DNA from: a virus
Direction: 5' to 3' (one strand)
DNA length: 6,466 nt
IMG/VR virus record: IMGVR_UViG_3300045988_018413
Coordinates: 1 to 6,466 of that record
A model generated the notes under the pieces. The model worked only from the letters and a program-made list of their open reading frames with translations, was not told the DNA's origin and ran no database searches. This document shows positions 5,121 to 6,466 of this stretch, one piece after another. Made by a program: the position numbers and the translations under genes. Each line of letters opens with the position of its first letter. Within the stretch, counting starts at the first letter, position 1.

Positions 5121-6466
5121 TTAATAAGGCATTCCATCGTAATCGAAGTTACGGACAGCCTTAATATCCATATACAAAGCGGTTAAGAACTGATCGGTAT
5201 CGATTGCATCATCACACTTAACATTAAAAATACTATCCAAAACACGGGGATTTACTTTAAAGAAACCATAGTTCAGATTTAAAGACAACTTTCCAGTAGA
5301 AGTTACAGAAGTATATAACCATTTAGACAAATCAGCAGGGTTCAACGGAGCGACCCAATTCTTAAGAGTCGAACGGAAAGCACCAAGAACCTCGTCGTAA
5401 CGGGTCTTTACATCGAAAAAGCGGGGAAGATATCCCATAGTCTGGGTACGATAATCTATGCCGGAAGTCCATCCAACATTTCTACTATTCACAAAACGAC
5501 CAAACTGGATAGTTTGCATACCAATACTATCAAATTCCGGAAAAGGAAGATCCGCAGTATTTGTATAAAGAAGATTCTGGGGTTGTCCGGTAATCACATA
5601 ATCCAAGAGAGGTACATTATGATAAATACCAATAATAATACCATACTCATCGAATTGACCAGAAAAACTACCTTGACCGGTACCAACACCTTTACCAGCA
5701 ATTTCGGCAACATTATCACCGGTAATATTAGTATTGACTACTTCCGAAAGATCGATATTAGAACTAGAGCCTCCAAGATACATACACTTATCTGAAAGAA
5801 CAGGGCTTAAAGATACACCAAAATGCGCCATAATCTGACCACGTGCATCCTGATCAGCAAACTGAGATACTTCACGGTACTTTTGTACAGCCTCTGCCAT
5901 ACGAAGCTGAAGTATAGAGAAAGAAGAGCCTAATCCAGCAACCTGTTGTGCATAAACACCATATTTAGTAGAAGCAGAAAGAATACTTGTAGTATGCATT
6001 TCCACAGGAGAATCAGCAGAAGGAGCAGAACCAGAGACAGCAGTCAATCCGGCACGTATTTTACCGTCAGTCAAATCAAACAATCCAACAGGGAAAGTTC
6101 CTTCGGATCCAGAGGTATCAACAATACTTACATCACCAAGCTGAGAATCAGGCATTACTCCCATAAACATATCCTTCGGCCAGTTGGCGTAACGAAGAGT
6201 AAAAAGGTTATCATCGGAATAATACTTCTCTGCAAGAGCTGTAGTAGTTAAAGATGCAAGAACATTTCCTCCAGAATACCAATCAAAATTGTAAGTGTAA
6301 GGCTGGTTTTTTTCCCACTGAGTAAAACGAAAAAAGTCAGCGTAAGCTTTTTGATAAGCAGCAAGGGGGAGAATGTGAACTGAAGTCCAACCGTTAGAAG
6401 AAGTATCTGAACTACGAAGATCCAGAGAAGGAGAAAGGCCGATACTGGATGATTTTGTCACAGTAG
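5121..6466 (-). CDS. VP1: Major capsid protein VP1, C-terminal part (unique sequence 5121..6411; 6412-6466 repeats 1-55)
   Basis: 446-aa ORF in the track. Its apparent M start is an in-frame GTG (Val) created by window truncation. It contains the conserved Microviridae capsid block SILQLRMAEAVQKYREVSQFADQDARGQIMAHFGVSL...MYLGGSS. Stop TAA is at 5123..5121. Confidence 0.93.
   Translation of the reverse strand, partial: TVTKSSSIGLSPSLDLRSSDTSSNGWTSVHILPLAAYQKAYADFFRFTQWEKNQPYTYNFDWYSGGNVLASLTTTALAEKYYSDDNLFTLRYANWPKDMFMGVMPDSQLGDVSIVDTSGSEGTFPVGLFDLTDGKIRAGLTAVSGSAPSADSPVEMHTTSILSASTKYGVYAQQVAGLGSSFSILQLRMAEAVQKYREVSQFADQDARGQIMAHFGVSLSPVLSDKCMYLGGSSSNIDLSEVVNTNITGDNVAEIAGKGVGTGQGSFSGQFDEYGIIIGIYHNVPLLDYVITGQPQNLLYTNTADLPFPEFDSIGMQTIQFGRFVNSRNVGWTSGIDYRTQTMGYLPRFFDVKTRYDEVLGAFRSTLKNWVAPLNPADLSKWLYTSVTSTGKLSLNLNYGFFKVNPRVLDSIFNVKCDDAIDTDQFLTALYMDIKAVRNFDYDGMPY
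6412..6466. repeat. Terminal direct repeat, copy 2 (duplicate of 1-55)
   Basis: Exact 55/55 identity with 1-55. Removing one copy gives a 6411-nt circle. Confidence 0.95.

Noticed and set aside
792-6251. Plus-strand ORFs antisense to VP4, VP2, the 150-aa ORF and VP1 (792-1016, 2067-2366, 4277-4498, 4533-4724, 4703-4969, 5514-5795, 5946-6251)
   Set aside because: All lie fully within well-supported minus-strand genes. They are short (63-101 aa) with the low-complexity, R/S/I-rich composition typical of antisense translation. Microviridae have no known antisense genes.
6459-6461. Apparent start codon of the 446-aa capsid ORF in the track
   Set aside because: It is an internal Val codon (GTG) of VP1. 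The frame stays open through the circular junction to the ATG at 560.

Overview
The window is one complete circular ssDNA phage genome of the family Microviridae. Bases 1-55 are identical to 6412-6466, so the unit length is 6411 nt and the window is a circular contig opened inside the major capsid gene. All convincing genes lie on the window minus strand. In transcription order they are: small ORF (2636->2412), replication initiator VP4 (2399->801), 84-aa ORF (814->560), major capsid protein VP1 (560->1, continuing 6411->5121; 616 aa once joined), 150-aa acidic protein (5109->4657), pilot/minor capsid protein VP2 (4657->3431), and a hairpin plus T-tract terminator (3421->3386). The long VP4, the VP1 N-terminus (FDLS..FTSKAGELLPVFWD) and the genome size suggest an Alpavirinae-like, Bacteroidota-associated lineage; this is inference only. 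The unusual part is the roughly 790-nt gene-free interval 2637-3430, about 12% of a genome whose family is known for tight packing. It has a very AT-rich flank, then a GC-rich island (about 2737-3226) packed with perfect short hairpins. Five hairpins share one triloop, reading C-GAA-G on the gene-sense strand. The island also holds an 11-nt direct repeat, a possible H-type pseudoknot and a XerD-arm-like half-site. I read it as either a large ssDNA structural element (complementary-strand origin or attP) or an undescribed structured ncRNA. I cannot tell which from sequence alone. No integrase, recognisable lysis gene, small basic J/VP8-like protein, tRNA or CRISPR array was found.
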